A stretch of 64,000 bases of DNA from Chiloscyllium plagiosum (GCF_004010195.1 NC_057753.1:4812887-4876886), one strand, 5' to 3'; positions 23,765 through 36,300 are shown, counted from the stretch's first letter. Numbers and translations: made by a program. The notes: generated by a model not told the origin, from the letters alone.

Positions 23765-24500
23765 GCCCTGCCCCCTACAAAGATGGCGACCGCGCACACG
23801 TACCGCAGAACACTGTCCCAACAAAGATGGTGGCAGTAGCCAGGCCCAGCGCCGTTTTCCTCATTGGTACCAATGCGGAACCGGGAGTTTCTAATTCAGG
23901 CTGGTGGCCAACATCAAGTATTTATGAAACCTCCCAGCCCTCAGTGGTTCCATCTCTGCTATTTCTACTTAATTACCTTCTCCATTACTTCCCGCACTGC
24001 ATCTGCGATAGAATGTGGCCCGGAAGTTTATTCACGAGCCACAAATATGGTCCCAACCCCCCGGTTCACTCTGATTGGTTGAAGAACCAGCCCAGCCGCA
24101 TCTATTTCCCTCGCAATTGGTTCAGAGCGGCCGTCAATCAACGTGCCTCGTTGTCTGTCATTGCGGGGCGGTCGCGACCGTGCCCATTTCCCCCGTGCTC
24201 ATAGCCCGAAGCTGCCGTCAATCACCGCTCCCCTTTGTTGGCTGTTCGGAGGACCAGCGCCAACCCCGCCCCATCCCCTGTGACTGGCCCAGTGCTGCCG
24301 TCAATCATCGCTCCCCGTTGTGGGTGTTTTAACAGCCCATCCCCGCCCGTTCAGCTGGTATTGGCCTGAAGCTGCCGTCAATCACTACTCCCCATTGTGT
24401 GCGTTGGAGGACCAGTCCCAGTCCCGCCCCTGCCTCCCCCTGCGATTGGTCCATGGCCACCATCAATCAACGCTTCCCATTGTATGTTGGAAAATGCGCG
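23765..24500 (-). promoter_or_regulatory. CpG-rich promoter paralog (orphan) with tandem CCAAT/TGATTGAC array
   Basis: YY1-like AAGATGGCG and AAGATGGTG doublet at 23781-23832. 23905-23940 is an inverted homolog of 15361-15400. Five ~83-bp units follow. Confidence 0.7.
24085..24490. repeat. Degenerate tandem repeat, 5 units of about 77-85 bp
   Basis: cc(g/a)tcaatca recurs at 24131, 24215, 24298, 24375 and 24460. Confidence 0.85.
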
Positions 24501-24889
24501 GGGTTCTGTTTTTATTTGCTGCTGATCACATCCAGGAGTGAGCATTAACGCTGGGTTCGGGAACAAAGTGCATCGCATCCGCTCCCTTCCATGGTTCAGA
24601 CTTCCGAGACACGGGACACAAGTTCCGGCGGGCCTCAATGTCCAGTTTGAGAATTTAAAATGTTTGTCTGATGTTCCCGATTCTCCCAATGTAAGGCAAA
24701 TAAGAACTTGCATTTACAGTACGTATATGAAACGTGACACATGGGTTGGTGGATAGAAAAAGGCCAGAATTGGAGGAGGGCAGGGAGTTCAGAGGGTCAT
24801 GGCCTGCAGGACATTCCGAACACTGACCATCACAAAGTTACTGGCTGTCTCCATGGAGCTCTGAAATGGGACTGTGTAGGTCATGACCA

Positions 24890-25210
24890 CAGATGCTGGA
24901 AACCAGATTCTGGATTAGTGGTGCTGGAAGAGCACAGCGGTTCAGACAGCATCCGAGGAGCTTCGAAATCGACGTTTCGGGCCAAAGCCCTTCATCAGGA
25001 ATAAAGGCAGTGAGCCTGGAGCGTGGAGAGATAAGCTAGAGGAGGGTGGGGTGGGGAGAAAGTAGCATAGAGTACAATGGGTGAGTGGGGGAGGGGATGA
25101 AGATGATAGGTCAGGGAGGACAAGTCATGGTGCTGAGCTGGAAGTTTGGAACTAGGGTGAGGTGGGGGAAGGGGAAATGAGGAAACTGTTGAAGTCCACA
25201 TTGATGCCCA
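24890..25210 (-). mobile_element. Penelope-like 3' terminal fragment
   Basis: Same terminus as 21616-21734 and the reverse complement of 41357-41690. Confidence 0.75.
24967..25002 (-). ncRNA. Minimal hammerhead ribozyme motif
   Basis: AUUC-CUGAUGA-A-GGGC-UUUG-GCCC-GAAACGUC-GAUU. Confidence 0.7.
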
Positions 25211-25289
25211 TGCAGGTGACGCTATCACCTTAAACTAGATGATATTTACAGTCTCCGTGGATTTACAACTGGTAACCTAATATCGTGGT

Positions 25290-27272
25290 TATCACTGCAG
25301 CCCCTCAGCACCAGGGTCCCTGGTTCGATTCCTGCCTCGGGCGACTGTCTGTGTGGAGTTTGCACATTCTCCCCTTGTCTATGTGGGTTTCCTCCGGGTG
25401 CACCGGTTTCTTCCCACCGTCCAAAGGTTAGGGTGAATTGGCTGTGCTAAATTGCCCCTAATGTTAGATGTATTAGTCAGTGGTAAATATAGGGTAGGGG
25501 AATGGGTCTGGGTGGGTTACTCTTCGGACGGTCGGTGTGAACTTGTTTGGCCAAAGGACCTGTTTTCACACTGTAGGGAATCTAATCTAATTTTTAAAAA
25601 AACTTTCTCCACCTGGCTGGGAGCAATGATGAATCAAAAAGGGTGGTGCTAGAAAAGCACAGCAGGTCAGGCAGCATCCGAGGAGCAGGAGAATCGATGT
25701 TTTAAGCTCTTCGTATTTTGTTCAACGCTGATATGCTCAAAAGATCAATTCTCCTGCTCCTTGGATGCTGCCTGACCAGCTGTGCTTTTCCAGCACCACA
25801 CTTCTTGACTGATCTCCAGCATCTGCAATCTTCACTTTCTCCGGGGAGCAATGATGTGATGCGAGTCCGTAATAGTACCGGACATATAACATTGACCTTT
25901 GCTTATTGATTCTGCCCATGCACAGGTACAAAATCATCTTTATCTGGACCGTTAGAGGTTGAAAAACAGAGTGGAGACTAAAAACATCTAAGCAGTGAGA
26001 TCAGGGATCTGAGCAGCCTATCTCTACCTCTGAGCAAACCCCACAATATGCAACAGGTAGATGTGACGGGAAGGTCTGGCCTAAAAATTGGAATTCATAA
26101 AAGTGTGCACGTGAGAGTTTAGCTAAATACTATGTATACTTTTAAAAGAACATGCGAAGTGTCTTAAATATAGCATCTTCCAGCTCTTGTTCATTTTCAT
26201 ATCACAAGGGCTAGCTCATTATTTCACTGGTTTACATGGAGCACCATTACCACGTCCTTCATTCCTTATTTTAATCACTCCATCAGTGCCTTCAGTTGCT
26301 GCAGTTGTTTTCCTTCAGGTTAGATTAGATTACCTACAGTGTGGAAACAGGCCCTTCGGCCCAACAAGCCCACACCACTCCCCTTGTCTATGTGGGTTTC
26401 CTCCGGGTGCACCGGTTTCTTCCCACCGTCCAAAGGTTAGGGTGAATTGGCTGTGCTAAATTGCCCCTAATGTTAGATGTATTAGTCAGTGGTAAATATA
26501 GGGTAGGGGAATGGGTCTGGGTGGGTTACTCTTCGGACAGTCGGTGTGAACTTGTTTGGCCAAAGGACCTGTTTTCACACTGTAGGGAATCTAATCTAAT
26601 TTTTAAAAAAACTTTCTCCACCTGGCTGGGAGCAATGATGAATCAAAAAGTGTGGTGCTTCGGCCCAACAAGCCCACACCAACCCACCGAAGCACAATCC
26701 ACCCAGATCCATTCCCCTACATTTACCCCTGCCCCTAATACTACGGGCAATCACCTAACCTGCATATTTTTGAACTGTGGGAGGAAACAGGAGCACCCAG
26801 AGGAAACCCTCGCATACATGGGGCAGAATGTACAAATTCCACACACAGTCGCTTGAAGGCGGGAATTGAACCCGGGTCTCTAGCGCTGTGAGGCAGCAGT
26901 GCTAGCCACTGTGTCACCGTGCCGCCCAATATAAGCTAATAACTTGGAGGAAGGAAGCAAATGTCAAAATTGCAGACAACAAAAAATATAGGTGGAAAGG
27001 CATTTAACAAAGGAGATACAAACAGTTTCCAGAGATAATAATTAAGTCATAGGATTCCTACAGAACAGACAGGCCATTCGGCCCATCACATCTGCACCGA
27101 CGATCTGAAAAGCACCCCACGCACACCTACCCCCACCCTATCCCTGTAACCCCTCATTTACCATGGATAATCCACCCAGCCTGCACATCCCTGAACAACA
27201 TGGGGCAAGTTAGCACAGCCAATCCACCTAACCTACAAATCTTTGGACTGTGGGAGGAAACTGGAGCACCCA
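25290..27272. mobile_element. Cluster of HE1-type SINEs (25290-25590 plus; 26320-26930 minus with an insert; 27050-27272 minus)
   Basis: HE1 consensus segments. Unique sequence at about 25860-26320 lies between them. Confidence 0.78.
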
Positions 27273-28437
27273 GTTTTAAGGATTTGCCCTAAATCTTTGC
27301 AAAGTTTCTGTTTGTCATGGAACAGATTATCATGGCACATGTAAGAGTTTTGCAACTGACAGGAGACAGGTGAAGACTAAAACTTACATAACGTATATTT
27401 TGCTCAAGACAAATTAGTAATTTTGAACACACAGGGATTATATTTGTCTATCCAAATGAAACTCTGGCAACCAAGTAGAAAACAAAAGGCAGAGTCCCAG
27501 GAGGTGGGTGAGCATGGGTGGATAAAGTTCTGAGCATTATTCTTAACAAATAATAAACAACTTTTCAGGTAAGCATACATTTATTTTTATTTAATATGGT
27601 ATAAACCTCATTTCTCAACATTCAAAAACTGTTAGTGTCCCATATTATGTCTATCAGCGAGGCAGATCTAGATCGATCTTTTTCAAAATGTGTCTAAACA
27701 AATACAAATGATATTTCAAACAATACTTTGTAGCTCACGTTATATAAATTGCAAAGGTCCTTCAATACAAGGCTCTAGAACATTGCGCACACAAGATATT
27801 ACTTACTGCATTCTACAGGCACCAATATTGGGAGAAAGTGAGTACTGCGGATGCTGGAGGTCAAAGTTGAAGAGTGTGGTGCTGGAAAAGCACAGCCGAT
27901 CAGGCAGCGTCTAAGGAGTAGGAGAATCGACGTTTCGAATATAATCCCTTCATCGGGAATCCTCACTCTTAGACCACACTCTTAGACACCGGTATTGACC
28001 AGACTTCTAAATCATATCCTTCATGTCTGTAACAGAGAACTGTTTAAAGCCATCCAAAGTTGCCACAATCTCTTTGACATACTGACATTCTTCAGTTACC
28101 TCATGCCACATCTGATTTCATTTCAGATTCAGTAGGCAAAAGGTTGCATTGTGTGGGAAAATATAAGGTGTTAAATTTGGAAGGTAGAACAAAAGAACAG
28201 AGTATAATTTAAACATCAACACCAAGGGAGTTGGGGATACTTGTGCATGAGGCACAGGAAGCGAGCACACAGTTGATAAAGAGCAGATAATCAGCTAAAG
28301 TCAACGATTCAAGTGTAAACCTTCTTCAGGACTGGGAGTGGGTGTAGGGCAGCTGCAGATAAAGGGAGTAGTGGGGACAAGGTAGTGAAGTGGGGATAGG
28401 TGAAGACAGGGAGAGGGTACAAATGTTAGAGATACAG

Positions 28438-28785
28438 TCATAGAATCCAGACAGCGTGGAAACAGGCCCTTCAGCGCAACAGGTCCACACCGACCCTCCG
28501 AGAAGTATCCCGCCCAAACCCATTCCCCCCTACCCTCTATTTACCCCTGACTAATGCACCTAACCTATACATCCCTGAACACTACGGGCAGTTTAGCACG
28601 GCCAATTCACCCTAATCTGTACAGCTTTGGACTGTGGGAGGAAACCGGAGCACTCGGAGGAAACCCACACAGACACAGGGAGAATGTGTAAACTCCACAC
28701 AGACAGTCGCCCCGAGGCTGCTCGAACCCGGATCCCTGGCGCTGTGAGGCAGCAGTGCTAACCACTGAGCTACCATGCTGCCAAC
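28438..28785 (-). mobile_element. HE1-type SINE
   Basis: Reverse complement of the HE1 consensus. Confidence 0.88.
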
Positions 28786-29229
28786 CCCCCCTATTTCAAG
28801 GAGGTTGGCGTATAAGAGTAGAGATGTCTTACTGCAACTGTAGAAGATTCTGCTGAGACCACATCTGGAGTATTATGAGCAGGTTTGATCTCCCAATTTA
28901 AAAAAAGACATTGTTTTATTGGAGTCAGTTCAGAGAATGTTTACTTGGATGATGTTTGGTATGGAAGGGTTGTCTTAACGAGCAATGGCATAATAGGTTG
29001 AGACTGTACTCTCTGGAATTTAGAAGAATGAGAGGTGATCTCATTGAATTATAAAAGATTTTTAAGTGACTTTACTGGGCAAATGCGAGAGGATGTTTCC
29101 CCTCATGGGAGAACCTAGGACCAGACAGTATAGTCTCAGAATAAAGAGGCACCAATTTAAGACTGAGACAAAGAGGAATTTCTTCTCTGAGGTTGAGAGT
29201 CATTGGAGCTCCTTGCCCTGTGCAGTGGA

Positions 29230-29757
29230 GCTGTGGAGTAGACAGGCAGGAGGCTGGAAGAACACAGCAGGCCAGGCAGCACCAGGAGGTGCAGAAGTCG
29301 ATGATTCGAGTGTAACCCTTCTTCAGGACTGAGGGTGGGTGTAAGGGGGAGCTGCAGATAAAGTGAGGTGAGGGTGGTGAGGTGAGGACAGGTAGAGGAT
29401 ACAATCTGGTTGGTCAATGGGAGGAATGAATCCCACTGGTGGCAAGGAGCAGGAGGGGCTGGGTCGGGAGTAAAGGGAAGGGAAGGGAGGTTATTTGAAA
29501 TTGGAGAATTGACAATTCCCATTGACAAACCAGGTCGTACCCTCTGCCTGTTTTTACCTGTCCTCATCTCACCATCCTGCCCCAGCCAACCCTTTTATCG
29601 GCAGCAGCCCCTCCACCCACCCCCAGTCCTGAAGAAGGGTTACGCCCAAAACATCAACTTCTCCACCTCCTGACGCTGCCTGGCTTGCTGTGTTCGTCCA
29701 GCCTCCTGCCCGTCTACTTTGGATTCCAGCATCTGCAGAGTTTTTTTTGTCTCTAAC
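29230..29757. mobile_element. Foldback Penelope-like termini (second subfamily) inserted in a CR1 LINE
   Basis: 29237-29400 is the reverse complement of 29535-29720. The host CR1 continues on both sides. Confidence 0.7.
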
Positions 29758-29959
29758 AGACAGCTGGAGAGGCAGGGTCTTTGTGCATATTTAAGGTTGA
29801 GATCGATAGATTCTTGATCAGTAGGGAAATCAAGGGTTACAGGGAAAAGATAGGAAAGTGGATGTAAAAAATTGCCAGATTGCCTGTTGAATGGCGGAGC
29901 AGGCCCAAGGGTCAGAACAGAACTACTATTGTCTGTATTTCTCATGTCTTATAATTTGC

Positions 29960-30290
29960 TGCAGCTTTTCTAGTTGAGTGAGATCTGATCTGAGTGAGTG
30001 TGTATGGTTTGTATCACAGTGCAGTGAGATTGGATGACATGAAGTTGCTTGAGGCTTTGCAAGGAATCGTTTTGCTGCAGTGGCAGGGACAGAAACCTGA
30101 ATTTACATGTGGAGTTCTGAGAAAGGTAGGGACTTTGGAGAGGAAAGAGAGCTTGATGAGCCAGCAGTTTACAAGAAAAGTGGGGTTAAGGATTCGTCTG
30201 TGTTGGAGTGGGTGATTTGAAGGACCCTGAGAGAGCAGTTTAGTAGGAATCAGATTATTAGGGCTATTAAGAAGATCCAGCACATTGTGG
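29960..30290 (-). mobile_element. Ancient L2-like fragment downstream of gene 2
   Basis: Reads LIPTKLL...LSFLSKV...SGFCPCHCSKT, resembling the L2 RT N-terminal motifs. Confidence 0.55.
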
Positions 30291-30421
30291 GTTTAATGCA
30301 AAGTTAACTTATACACCTTAAATCAGAACGTTAACCACTGTAATTGGGCTGGATTTTATCAACGTCAAGAGAAACAGACCCCAAATGCACAAACTACAAC
30401 AGGGAAATACAGTCATTGTAT

Positions 30422-31357
30422 TTACTTGTGAACTCGCTGATGTTTCCAGAGGTTAGATGACTGAGTGAATCCCTTCCCACACTGGGAGCAGATAAATGGT
30501 CTCTCCCCAGTGTGAATTCGCTGGTGTTTAGTGAGTTGAGAGGATTGCCTGAACCCAGTCCCACAATGGGAGCACCTGAACGGTCTCTCGTCAGTATGAA
30601 CACGTTGATGGGACATCAGTTCCCGGGAACTTTTATAGCACTTCTCACAATCTGAGCATTTAAAAGGTCTCTCATCTGTGTGAACTAATTGGTGTCTCAG
30701 CAGAGTGGACGACTGGCTGAATCCCTTCCCGCACTTGGAGCAGGTGAACGGCCTCTCTCCAGTGTGAATTGGCTGGTGCCTCAGTAGGTCAGATGAATGG
30801 GTGAATCCTTTCCCACACTTGAAGCAGATGAATGGCTTCTCGCCGGAGTGAACACGTCGGTGTTGTAGCAGGTCACCTGTACTCTTAAAGCTTTTGTCAC
30901 AGCAAGAACACTGAAATGGCCTGTTATCAGAGTGAACAAATTGATGCGAATTGAGGCCAGTTAAGCAAGTGAAACCCTTCCCGCACTCAGAGCAGATAAA
31001 CGGTCTCTCGCCAGTGTGAACTCGTAGATGCTCAGTGAGCCTGGATGACTGAGTGAATCCCTTTCCACAGTAAGTGCAGCAGAAGGGCCTCTTTATAGTG
31101 TGAAATCGCTGGTGAGCTAGTAAACCTCCTGCGTTTTCAAAGCTCTTGTCACAATCCGAACATTTACAGATTTGTGTTTCAGCGTGAACCACTTGATGTG
31201 CAGTGAGGTGAAATTCATTCTTGAATCTCTTTCCACACACAGAACAAGGGAATGGCCTCTCCCCAGTGTGACTCTGTCGATGAATCTCAAGCTTGGATGG
31301 GAATCTGAATCGCTTCCCACATTCCACACACTTCCATGGTTTCTCCATGGTGCGCAT
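30422..31357 (-). CDS. C2H2 zinc-finger protein, 11 tandem fingers (ZNF gene 2)
   Basis: 311-aa ORF of 11 canonical fingers with H/C linkers. Putative acceptor ttttcag| gives an exon start near 31714. Start could be 31357 or 31348. Confidence 0.92.
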   Translation of the reverse strand: MRTMEKPWKCVECGKRFRFPSKLEIHRQSHTGERPFPCSVCGKRFKNEFHLTAHQVVHAETQICKCSDCDKSFENAGGLLAHQRFHTIKRPFCCTYCGKGFTQSSRLTEHLRVHTGERPFICSECGKGFTCLTGLNSHQFVHSDNRPFQCSCCDKSFKSTGDLLQHRRVHSGEKPFICFKCGKGFTHSSDLLRHQPIHTGERPFTCSKCGKGFSQSSTLLRHQLVHTDERPFKCSDCEKCYKSSRELMSHQRVHTDERPFRCSHCGTGFRQSSQLTKHQRIHTGERPFICSQCGKGFTQSSNLWKHQRVHK

Positions 31358-32259
31358 GTCCTTGTACCTCTCCAGATTGGATGACTGGTTGAAGCTTCAT
31401 CTACGCAGAAAGGACTTGTATGGTTTCTCTCGGCTTTGTTCCACGGTCGGTGCACTGGAACACACTCTCTCAGTCTGTGCAATTGATTAAAGCTCTTTCC
31501 ACAGTCAGTTCATTGGAACACACTCACTTGTGTGACTGTGTGTCTCATTGTTTTCCCAGACACCGATATTTGAAAAGTTTTTCCTCGGGATAGTTCAGAC
31601 AAACATTTCTCCTTCCACATTCAAAGACCAATGATATTCAGGTCCTGACGAATCAAGATCTTGACCTGATGCTTCTCTAAGTTTCCTGTTTGCAAATCAT
31701 TTCCCGCTAATCCCCTGAAAAAGGACCTGTGAGCATCACTATCAAGTCATGAAAGACATTCAGGGCAGGCAAGACTTGTTCCAATGGAATGATTTTTTTT
31801 TTCCCTCTCGTGTTTTCACTCAAACTGAAGGAATACAAAAGAAGCAACAAACAGAAACACATTCCTAACTGAACCGGAATGTTACTGCCAGCGTCTCTGA
31901 GACAATCTGCTCACTGACGTGCTCACCACTTGGGAAAAGTGTCAAACCGTTCTGCGTGAACTGCGCACGCTCCCTCTCCAGGACAAAGCTGGGCAAGGAC
32001 AGGGCGTGGAGGTCAACACTCTGTCATTGCAGCATAGTGGAGTCTTATTGACGGGCGAGGCAGGCCCGATGAGCTGATCGGCCTGATCCAGCTCTTATTT
32101 CCTCCGTTCAGTCACTGTAAACCCCCCCTCGTCAGTCCTGCTCTTTGGACCTGAAGGAGGTCAAGGAGTGCATCCTCCATCTTCCTCACACATCACCCAG
32201 CCCCTCCCTTTCCACATTGCAGCGTGGGGCTGAAATGTACCTGAGGATGCACAAGCGGC

Positions 32260-32800
32260 TCCTTCAGCTAATTGTTCCAGGGGCTGCCGCCTCTGCCTCG
32301 GGACTGCAGAAGCATCCGCTGCAGCCTGGCACAGCCTGAATCTGCTGGGAGCTCCAAGAAGCCCCGCCCCCTTCCACCCAGGGAGCCCCGCCCACCCGCA
32401 GTGACCTCACCGGGGGAGTCTGCGCGTGCGCCAGACTCCTCTTCTTCCTCTTCCTCCTCCTCCCCCTCAACGGGGTCCAAGATGGCGGCCGCGGGCTCAG
32501 GCCGACCCCAAGCCTCCGGAGGCTGCAAACAACTGCCCTGAAAGTCCCTGACCGTGACTAAGGCATTCCCAAGGCGTTTACGGAACCTTTTCCGTCCCAC
32601 AGCCCGGTTCCAAGCCCGCCCACCAACCAAACGCCCGAGCCGCCAAGCCCTCACCGGCTGCGGAGCGTCCGAAAGGCAACGTCGGTCCCCGTCGTCATCG
32701 GTGGCAGTGCGCATGCGCCACACGCGCCGCGGACAAAAGGGGATTGTCATAACCGCGGGGCATGATGGGTACGGGCCTCTCCTTGCCCACCCTGTGCAGC
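32260..32800 (-). promoter_or_regulatory. CpG island, promoter and first exon of ZNF gene 2
   Basis: CAAGATGGCGGC (YY1) at 32478 and TGCGCATGCGC (NRF1) at 32708. Minus-strand donor CCG|GTGAGG near 32410. GC boxes present. Confidence 0.7.
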
Positions 32801-32893
32801 CCATCTATGGACTCAACCTGAGAGGGCAAAGAGAGTCATCCTCCCCTGCCCAGGGGGGCCTTCAGGGACGATGACGCACCCCAAAAGCTGAAA

Positions 32894-33059
32894 TGATTTG
32901 GAGATGCCTGGTGTTGCACTGGGCTGTACAAAAATTAAAAATCACACAACACCAGGTTATTAGTCCAACAGGTTTATTTGGAAGCACTAGCTTTTGGAGC
33001 GCTGCTCCTTCATCAAGTGGTTGTTGTTGGACTATAACCTGGTGTTGTGTGATTTTTAA
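32894..33059. mobile_element. Short palindromic Penelope-terminus-like element
   Basis: aaatcacacaacaccaggttat...ataacctggtgttgtgtgattt, flanked by a 13-bp direct repeat ccaaaagctgaaa (32881, 33060). Relatives at about 1262-1396, 14552-14730, 34853-35010, 53575-53665 and 54280-54365. Confidence 0.7.
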
Positions 33060-33214
33060 CCAAAAGCTGAAAGTGCATCTTCTGTTGGCGTCCACGGTGC
33101 GCTTCCAAATAAAACCATAGGACTGTCACGTGGGGGGCTTGTGTGATTTTTAAATCCACCACCAACGCCCCTCTCTTCAACCCAACACCATGCCACTGGT
33201 AGCCCAGTGATTAG

Positions 33215-33530
33215 CAGGGCAACATGGTGGCCCAGTGCTTTAGCACTGCTGCCTCACATCACCAGGGACCCGGCTTCGATTCCAGCCTCGGGCGACTGTC
33301 TGCGCAGAGTTTGCACGTTCTCCCCGTGTCTGTGTGAGGTTCCTCCGGGAGCTCTGGTTTCCTCCCACAGCTGTGCTAAACTGCCCCTAGTGTTCCAGGA
33401 TGTTTAGGTCAGGCGCAATTGTCAGGGAAATGCAGGGAAATATGTCTGGGTGGGATACTCTTCAGAGTGTGGACTTGTTGGACCAAATGGCCCATTTCCA
33501 CACTGTAGGGATTCAATGATTCTATGATGT
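33215..33530 (+). mobile_element. HE1-type SINE
   Basis: HE1 consensus. Confidence 0.85.
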
Positions 33531-36300
33531 CTCCAGTGTCATTGGTGGTCCAGGATTTGGGGGTTGGCAATTGGTAACATTGGGAACAAATGTTTATTAA
33601 GCGGCAATGTATGTGTGAAGACAGAAGACACTGGTAGAGTGTTAAATTGGCACCTCACATCTGTCTTTACTTGGGAGAATGAAGATATAAGTATAGAATT
33701 CAAGAAGATGTGCCGTGTAGTTCTTCAGCATATTGACGTAAGAAGTGCGGAGGTGCTGGAGGGTTTCATAGAATCATCACAGAATTGGAAGCAGGCCATT
33801 CGGTCCATCGAGTCCACACAGACCGTCCGAAGAGCATCCCACCCCCTACTCCCAATACCCTATCCCAGAGTTCTGAAGGAGGAGATAGTGGAGGCATTGG
33901 TGGTGATCCTTCAGCAATCACTGGAGGGTTGCAGGGAACTGAAAAATGGCTAATGTAACACCATTGTTTAAGAAGGGAAAGAGGCAGGAAACCATTAGCC
34001 AGTTAGTCTGACCTCAGTCACCTGGTAAGATTAGATAGTCCATTGATAATGATGAGGTTGCAGAGCATTTCTAAGCGCATGGTAAAATAGGGCTCAGTTA
34101 GTACCACTTCATCAAGGGGTGGTCATGTCTGACAAGTCTGTTAGAATTCTTTGAGAAGGTAATGAGTAAGTTACACAAAAGAGGCGTTGAAATAAATTGA
34201 CAGCCTGTAGTGTTAAAGACAAGTTATTGGCATGGATAGAGGATTGGCTGACTGGCAGAAGGCAACAAATAGGGATAAAGGGGTCCTTTTCAGGATAGTA
34301 GCCCAGTAATGTTCTGCAGGGGTGCATGTTGGACCACAACTATTCAAAGGTATTCATTAACAATTGAGATAAAGAATTGAGGGTATTGTTGCTACGTTAG
34401 CAGATGACATAGTGTTGAGGCAGGAAAGAGAGGCTGCAGAAGAATTTGGAAAGGCGAGGAGAATCATAGAATCCCTACAGTGTAGAAACAGGACATTCAA
34501 CCCAACAGGTCCACACTAACTCTCTGAAGAGCATCCCACCCAGACTCACCCCCCCCAACACCATATCCCTGGACAATTCAGCATGGCCAATCCACCTCAC
34601 CTGCACAAAGGCACAAACAGCACACAGTTGCCCAAGGCTGGAATTGAACCCGGTCCCTGGCACTATGAGGCAGCAGCGCTAACCACTGTGTCGCCCTGTT
34701 TTATTTATTGTAGTCACATGTACCTAAGTACAGTAAAAAGCTTTGTTTTCTGAGCAGTAAAGGCAGATCATAGCCAACAAGGACATGCAGATCATAGGTG
34801 AGACATATAGGTTACAGCTTCACAAAACAAGATCAACATTATTTGAAATTAGTTAAAAATCACACAGCACCAGGTTATGTCCAACAGCTTTATTTGGAAG
34901 TACTAGCTTTCAGAGCGCTGCTCCTTTATCAGGATGAGGGAGCAGCGCTCTCTGAAAGCTATGTGCTTTCACATAAACCTGTTGGACTATAACCTGGCGT
35001 TGTGTGATTCTTTGAGCTTCAGATCTTCAAGAAGTCTAAATGAAAAGAGCTACAATTTCTCTAATCTCTCCTGATAACTAAAGCCTCTCTTCCCCTCAGT
35101 GAATCTCTGCTGCGCCTCCCCATAGCCTTGACATCCTTTATGGTGTGTGGACCCTCAAAGCATGACCCAATGCAACGTAGCCAGGTTTACAGAACCTCCG
35201 TCGATTCATACTCTCCACCCGAGTTAAAATAAAATTGGGTTTTATTATCTCTGTAGCAAATTGATCAATATTCCCTTCCATTTTTATAGGTTTCTGTCCC
35301 TTCTTGCTTTGGAGATAATAACCTGGCTGAGAGACAGAGGTTAAATGTCTGGTCCGATGTATATTATAGGGAAGGGAACTTAAGTCTGAGTTTACAACTC
35401 AAACTCAGAGAGACTTTCCTGCCAACAGGTTGTCATGGCAACACTGATAAGATACTCCATTGCAAATTAGATCAGGGAAAAGGAGAGCGTTTCTCTGTCA
35501 TTAACTGCAATATGAACTTAAAACAGCGAGTGGGAGAATAGATTAGATTCCAATGTGTGATACTTGTATTTATAATTGTGAAACTGCCGGAAATAGCAAC
35601 GAACAGCAGGGAAAGGAGTTTAGTGGTCATAGAATCCCCACAGTGCGAAAGCAAGCTATTCAGCCCATTGAACTTCGATTCTACTGCTCTTCGGATACTG
35701 CCTGACCTGCTGTGCTTTTCCAGCACCACTCTCTCGACTCCAATTGCCAGCATCTGCAGTCCTCACTTTCTCCATCAAGTCCACATCAACCCTCCTAAGA
35801 GCATCCACGCAGACTCAACCCCTTACCCTATTCCTGTGACTTTGCATTCCTCATGGCTAATCCGTCTAGCCTGCACATCCCTGGACACCGTGGCAATTTA
35901 GCACAGTCAACCCAGCTAACCTGCACATCGCTGGACTGTGGGAGGAAACCCGCACAGATTGGAGGAGAATGTGCAAACTTCACACAGACAGTCGCCCTTG
36001 AGTAGAGTCAAACCCGTGTCCCTGGCGCTGTGAGCCAACAGTGCTAACCACTGAGCCACTGTGTCACGGTTAACAAGAGAATTACTGGGAAAAAAAATTA
36101 ATAAAGAAATATGTCACTGCCAAGGACAGGGTTGGAGCCAGGGAGTGGAGTTTGTCATGGGTTCAATCATTTCAATCACTTCAGTCTTCTAAGCATTTAA
36201 GTAGAGGAAATTTCTAGTCATCGAGCACTAGATGTCAGATAAGTCAGGAAAGCGTGTGACTTGCTGGTGGTATTAGTGCATGGGGTTCTCCTGTTCAGAC

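Noticed and set aside
24085..24490. CRISPR-like array
   Set aside because: Eukaryotic context, the units are homologous along their length with no unique spacers, and there are no cas genes.
27800..28040. Short minus-strand exon-like segment (HEGYDLEVWSILVPVEC) split by a Penelope insert
   Set aside because: Only splice-like signals with no recognisable homology, which is too weak to call.
32268..32874. GC-rich ORFs in the CpG island (e.g. VEGEEEEEEEE)
   Set aside because: No ATG on the gene-2 strand in the predicted first exon, and long stop-free frames are expected at high GC.
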